From: Oikopleura dioica
Taxonomy: Eukaryota > Animalia > Chordata
Length of the DNA stretch: 64,000 bases
Direction of reading: 5' to 3'
Assembly (NCBI GenBank): GCA_907165135.1
Contig: OU015568.1
Coordinates: 6,944,001 to 7,008,000, forward strand
Both the position numbers and the translations under genes were made by a program. Positions 57,572-64,000 of this stretch are shown here, in pieces. The first letter of the stretch is position 1, and the number at the start of each line of letters is the position of its first letter. The notes beneath the pieces are model-generated. The model searched no databases. It was not told where the DNA came from and saw nothing but the letters and a program-made list of their open reading frames with translations.

Positions 57572-59048
57572 TCAAGACTTGATCTTGCGATGCTCCCTTC
57601 TCTGCCGCCTTTTTTCTTCTCGATGATCAGGGTGGTTCAAATTGTTGTCTTTATGATTGTTCGTCCAGTTTCCCAGCGATTTATAACTAAAAACCATCAA
57701 ATGACAAGAACACGAAGAGACGAAACCTATAATAATCCATCGGGTACACATCTTGCTGCCACTGAGCTTCCTGAAGCGCTACTGCAGCTTCGAACGGCGT
57801 CAGTAACGGCTTCTCAAATCCAAGTCCCCAATCAATCGACAATCTTGGACAAGCAATTTGAATCCAACAGTCGATGTCCTCAAACAACGCCAGTTTGTCC
57901 GGGAATATTTCCGCCATCAGGATCGTAAAGTGCTCCTTCCCCTGCTTTTCAATAAGCCGAATGACATTTTCTAGGATTTTCGGATTTCCTTGTCGTCCCA
58001 GCGTCGAAAGAATTATTCCAAAACTCTTGGCATTTTTCGCTAGCTCAATTTGCCCGCGCCGATTGTTTTTCATTAGCTCGTGGTCATAATTCTCCCGGGT
58101 GAATTTTTGATCGTATGGGTCGTATCTGTACGCTTGAACAGTTGGGTTGGCGATCATGCCAGCTTCCAGGTGAAATCGACCGTCGCCAAGATAGATCAGA
58201 GCTTCGCAATCACCCACGGACGGCGCGGTACAGCTTCGAATTCAATTTATTGGGGAAGAAAGTATATAATTGCTTACCCAAGTACCTCACCGGGACTGAG
58301 GGGCTGATTGTGCTGTAGAACGATTTCATATTCAGCTAGTTCCTGCGCACTGGTCTGTAACGTCGCAACGAACTGAATCGTACTGATTAGCGCGATCTTT
58401 GTACCGGCCTTGAAGTTTGCTCGAATCGAGCTGATAAAGTGCGCCCTGTCGATTTCGATGTCGACGAAGATGTAGAGCGTTTGGATCGTCGTTTTGTTTA
58501 TTGGCACCAGACAGGAGTGACTAAAAAGTAATGAAAAACTCTGTCACTGCAGCCTCCTTACCCGTAGTGAACAAGCAAAGAGCAGCCCAACAACCGCGGC
58601 GAAATATCGTCAATACAACAGGCTCCGTACGTCACATTGCCCATGATAATGCAAATACATCCGGTGAACTTTTCAAGCAACTCAGCAATCGTTGTGGAAA
58701 AGAGCAACAAGCCCTCAGGAAATTGAAGGGCAACTCGCTTTTGATCCTCGGTTTTCAAAGACTGGATTTTGAATATGGTTTTGTGGATCTCTACCAGGAT
58801 ATTGACAATCATTTCTTTTACAATAAAGAGGCTGGAGAATGAAATTTATTATTCTGACAATTTTTATCCGTAACAAAATTGTAATTCTTCGGCAAAGTGG
58901 CTGCAATCGCATCGTTCAACGACTTATTCAATAAAATCTCCTCTGGAATCGCATTTGCCCCGAGCCTCCGCGGCGCGGCAACTTTTTTCACTATTTTCTT
59001 ACAGCAGTTCTTTTCTCCTCCCTTTTCATTTACTCCCTCGCACGTCAT
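57572..59048 (-). CDS. DPH1: Diphthamide biosynthesis protein 1
   Basis: LPKNYNF(E)[91 protein letters not shown]. Confidence 0.95.
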
Positions 59049-59477
59049 TCTTAGTTACCGTCTTTTAAAAAGAGCCGAGCACTTGTGTTTTTGTATCAAA
59101 AATATATATGTTTACGATAGTACAAACAATATGACAGATGGACGACATTTTCCATGCAGGATTTTTGTCTTTCTTTTGAATGAAAAATAGAAACTTGGAA
59201 TTCAAGAACGAATGAAGGAACATTGCTTAGATGAGATTTTGAAGTTGATGGATTATGAAAACAGTAACGAATAAAAAAAAGGAAAAAATATCAAAAGCAG
59301 TAACTGAAATTGAAGATACTTGGTTTGGTTTATTTAAATATATTTTTTCGAATTGTACTCATCGAATTTTTATTTTGAGATAGATTTTTTGTTCGCATTG
59401 CCATTCAAAGAAAAAGCTAGAAACAGGTTGAAACATCACTTTTTTACGAGTTCGGTTGGGGCCAGAAGGAAAGGGCC

Positions 59478-60378
<901 letters not shown>

Positions 60379-60929
60379 CTAAAGAACTCAAGCGTCAAAG
60401 AAGTGAAGGGTTCAAAAACCATGTTAAATTCTGAACTGTGGCAAACTTGCAATTTTGAAAAGAAAAGAGAGAAACTCAAAAGGTCGCGAAGTAGTTTTAA
60501 ATTGGTGCAGTTTTAAGCTGCAATGAACAAAAGAAGAAACATTCAAACAAGAAAAAATTTTGAATAGTGAATTTTGGGGAAACGGTATTAATTTTTGGTA
60601 AAGTTGAAAATAGGAAAGAACTTCTTGTGGAAACTGAATTGAATCCACGGAAACAGAAAAAGCAGAAAAACTATACTTTTGTAAAATAAAGAAGATACGC
60701 TCACATAGTAAAAAGAAAGTTGTCATGAAAAAAGGAGCTCTTAAGGAGAAAAATAATACAATACAAGAACCTTTCGAAACATAGAAATTTGTGGAATCTG
60801 GAATCTTTAGGATTTATAGGCAAAGAGAGATCTTTAAGAGCATAGTGATAGTTTTTGAACCGTCGTTGGAAGTTGATTTTTTGAGAATAACTGTAGTGTA
60901 ACTGACGTTTTAAATAGATGGTGTACTTT

Positions 60930-63450
60930 AACTGAAAGTGTTTTTTTCGTACTGGTCCATGTAGGAGGCTTTTTGAAGGCTCATCTTTTGAAAATAGAAT
61001 AAATTAAAAATACAAATGAGTAGTTTTTGCGGAGTGTGAAATTTTTCGATCAACAGTCTTTTTCTCTGTCGATTCAACCCAATGAACACCCAAATGATGA
61101 AAGATAGTATGTGCACCCACTAATATCGAAACCTAGTGTCGATCAAGTCATCATCTTCGTCCTCCGAGCTGTCGGATAACATCGGCACGGTTTCGTCTTT
61201 CACTCCTTCCTCTTCCTCCTTGTCTTCAGCAGGAGGGTTGTCAGGAGGTGTTTGGGGCCCAGTGGCTTGCTCACTATCCGCTCTTTAGAGAAAGAAATAT
61301 TAGGTTTGGGGACATTATCGATTTTATTACTTGTCGCTTGGAGATTCAGCAGCAGCTTCATCGATATTCTGAGGATCATCCTTTGCTTCTTCGGGCGAAG
61401 GCGATTTAGAAGAAGCATTTACATTACTATCATCTGCTTGAGATGCTGCATATTCGTTTTTTATTCTATTCGCCTCCTCAAGTGACTTTTTCTCCTCTTC
61501 GTCGATAGCTTTCAGCGTTGCTTCCACATCATCATCGTCGGAGTCTGAGCTGATTTTCCGCTTTGATTTTTCGTCATCGTCACTCTTTGATAAATAGTTG
61601 GGAAAAGTCAATTCTTACAAATTTCTGACCTTGTTTTCAGTTTTTGGAATTCGCTCCTCTTCGTCGTCGTCATCGTCTGAATCGATGGTTTTGATGCGTT
61701 TTGGTGGGTTTTTATTTTCAGTTTCGGACTCGTCGCTACAAAATATTGGTAAAAAAGAGGATTGGTTGAAGTTAGTACCTTGAGTCTAGCTGAGGCGATG
61801 TTTTGGACGTTTTGATCGTCATTTTTGCAATTTCGGAATCGCTGTCAGTTTTTCTCTTCATGTTTGGTTCTGGCGTGCCTGTCCTGCTGCTTGAAGATCG
61901 CTCGGGAATTTTGAGGCTGTTGCTGAAAAGTTCGAGCTTGACTGCGTTTGGATCTTTGCGTATCATGGTCGTCTGCTTCGCCATCTTCTTCGTCTTGTTT
62001 TTCTTCTTGCGATCAGACTTCTCTTTGCGCAGCTTGGCATTCCTAAATTCATCATTTGATTTTGAGTTTTCCCCTTTTTCAGCTTTAGTTTTAACCGAGT
62101 TAGCGTTTATCCGATGCCCCTCTCGAGGGATCTTTCTTTTCTCGCCTCTTTTGTGAATTATTAATAAAGGGCGAAGGAAATAATCAGAAATCGCTTGTTC
62201 TTTCAGCAAATGTGTTGATTCAACAAATGATTGATTCACTGAAACATGAACTTACTCTGTTTCCAGCTTTAGAATTTTTCCCTTGAACTCGGAAATCCGC
62301 TCGCTGAGCCTGGACTCCCAGTTCTTTCGCTGCCGCTCGTGCTCGCTCGTCGCCGATGTCAGCGTGCCCTTGAGACTCGAGATGCAAACATCCTTTTCTT
62401 CTATTAGCTTCTTGCGCCGCGCCAGTTCCGCGTTCATCTCCTTGATCTTCAACAACAAGTCGTTCACCTGCATACTTGCGCTGGTGTGCTCGTCCACTTG
62501 CATCGTCTCGACGACTTCTTTTTCCGAGATTTTGAGGTTTTCAATGATTGATTCTGAGGTAATAGGAGCGGCGATCGTCTTCACTTCTGTTGGATCATCA
62601 ACATGTTTGACCGCTTTTTTCTTCGATTTTTCCTTCGCCTTTTCTTTTGACTTGTCGCTGGAACTCTTTTTTGGTGGCTTGATCTCTCCATTTTGTAATT
62701 TAGGCTTTGTATTTTCCTGCTCTTTGGAAGATGTGACTCCTAATTTGGTCTTTCTCTTTTCTCTGAAGGTGCAAATAAAACACAGTGTCAGCCCATTGAT
62801 TTTTTCGATTTTTCCACCTTCCCAAGCGGCCTAATAAAATTGCTCAATAACTGCTCCATGCTGTTCAATAAAAGAAGCAACAAATACATTACCTTGACTT
62901 TGCACTTTTCGCAGGACTTGGGCTTGCCGTAATTTTGAATGCAGTAGTCGCAGCGGCGGCAGACTTTGGAACCGCGCTTCGTTTTGAAACTCGCTTCAAG
63001 TTTACAAAGCGTACAATGGACCGGCTACAACAAAAATCTATTCAAGTGATCATTATTGAAATCAAGGAAGAACGATCAAGGAAACTTTATAAATTATAAT
63101 GAAGAAAAAGTTAAGAGAAAAGTTACCAGTTTATCTATTGATCGAAAATTACCAGAAAGTGGGACTCACCGGGCCATATTTGAGCTGCAACTTGGTACAG
63201 TTTTCGCACGTCACAGAGGTCGGTTCTTTTCCATTTTCAGGCAGCGGCAAGTTGCCCCTACACCAGCGGCACTAGAATAACGCCCGTCAACAAACCCGAT
63301 CAATAATGAATTCTAGAACTGTACCTTTGCGCCCCTGGCTGAAGGGCTCTTAGCACATCGCACGCAGAAAGAGTTCTTGGCAGTTAGTTCATCCCGAGGA
63401 AACCAGCGCAAACATTTACAACAGGGTGATTTATTTGGCGCAGTTGACAT
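60930..63450 (-). CDS. FAM76-like: FAM76-like Cys-rich protein with coiled coil and long acidic tail (3' end approximate)
   Basis: Repeated CxxC (CCKC..CVRC..CRWC..CENC..KYGPPVHCTLCK..CRRC..YGKPKSCEKCK..KINGLTLCFICT), then the coiled coil LIEEKDVCISSLKG. Confidence 0.75.
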
Positions 63451-63574
63451 ATACGATTTCCACTGAACAAAAATTCCAAATCAGTCTCTCTTTTTCTGTG
63501 AACTCTGTTTGATTAAAATGGGAAAAACAGGCTCGAACAGAAAGATCTTCTTTTCTTTCTTTTCTTGAACTTTT

Positions 63575-64000
63575 TCACTTCATCATGACGATTCCGGCGG
63601 TTTCGTCGTCTTCCTCGAGCTCTCCTCTTTTGTACTTTTCTATCCTCTCCAGCTCCTCCTTGTCCGTCTGCTCTAGCTTCGCCTTTAACTCCTCAGGAAC
63701 TAATTCAGATCGCGAAAAATCCACTTTCATTTTTGAAATTTCCAGTATTTTGGAATTTTTGGAGACCTTTTCCTTCGACTTTTGATAATTCGCTTACGTC
63801 GGGGTCATCGCCGATCAATAAATCGATTAGCTGCTGGATAGCTCGATTATTCTCACTGCAATTTTAATTTGATCGTGAACTGTGGAATGAACTGTTCTAC
63901 CTTTCAGCTTCCAGGGACATTTCAAACTTGTGCAGCTCGCGCAGGATCACGTAAGTGTTCTTTTCTGGTAAAAGAAAGTTTGTTAATGATAATTGAAGGT
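63575..64000 (-). CDS. HGH1: HGH1 homolog (eEF2 chaperone), C-terminal exons only; gene continues beyond the window
   Basis: TYVILRELHKFE..LIDLLIGDDPD..VPEELKAKLEQTDKEELE resembles the HGH1 C-terminus (YxILRELHxWE..LIGDEP..VPED). Confidence 0.7.

Overview
Gene-dense eukaryotic (chordate) DNA, most likely an Oikopleura dioica-type appendicularian. This is inferred from the 35-90 nt introns, GA-AG and GC-AG introns, and tightly packed same-strand genes with orphan splice acceptors just upstream of the ATG. In order, the window holds: nested foldback/Mutator-like transposon remnants (0.9-3.5 kb); a glycine-receptor-like Cys-loop chloride channel whose introns carry eight copies of one palindromic MITE (7-15 kb); three tandem coiled-coil orphan paralogues, one with an FG-repeat tail; PLAT-like and Thr-rich secreted proteins; GTPBP1; a two-module GH31 alpha-glucosidase; a ~56 x 56-bp satellite; a very large C-type-lectin receptor with domains nested inside other domains; a WDR49-like EF-hand/WD40 gene hosting an antisense inactive rhomboid; a secreted protein made of peptidoglycan-binding-like repeats; and a minus-strand operon-like run (HGH1, FAM76-like, ROPN1L, DPH1, ZC3H14-like, PPP4C). 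The most unusual signals are: (i) four splice junctions where the conserved protein is only restored if donor and acceptor share one G; (ii) two MITE copies that make up almost whole introns inside conserved exons (Introner-like); and (iii) the nested-domain lectin receptor. All homology calls come from my recognition of motifs, not from database searches.
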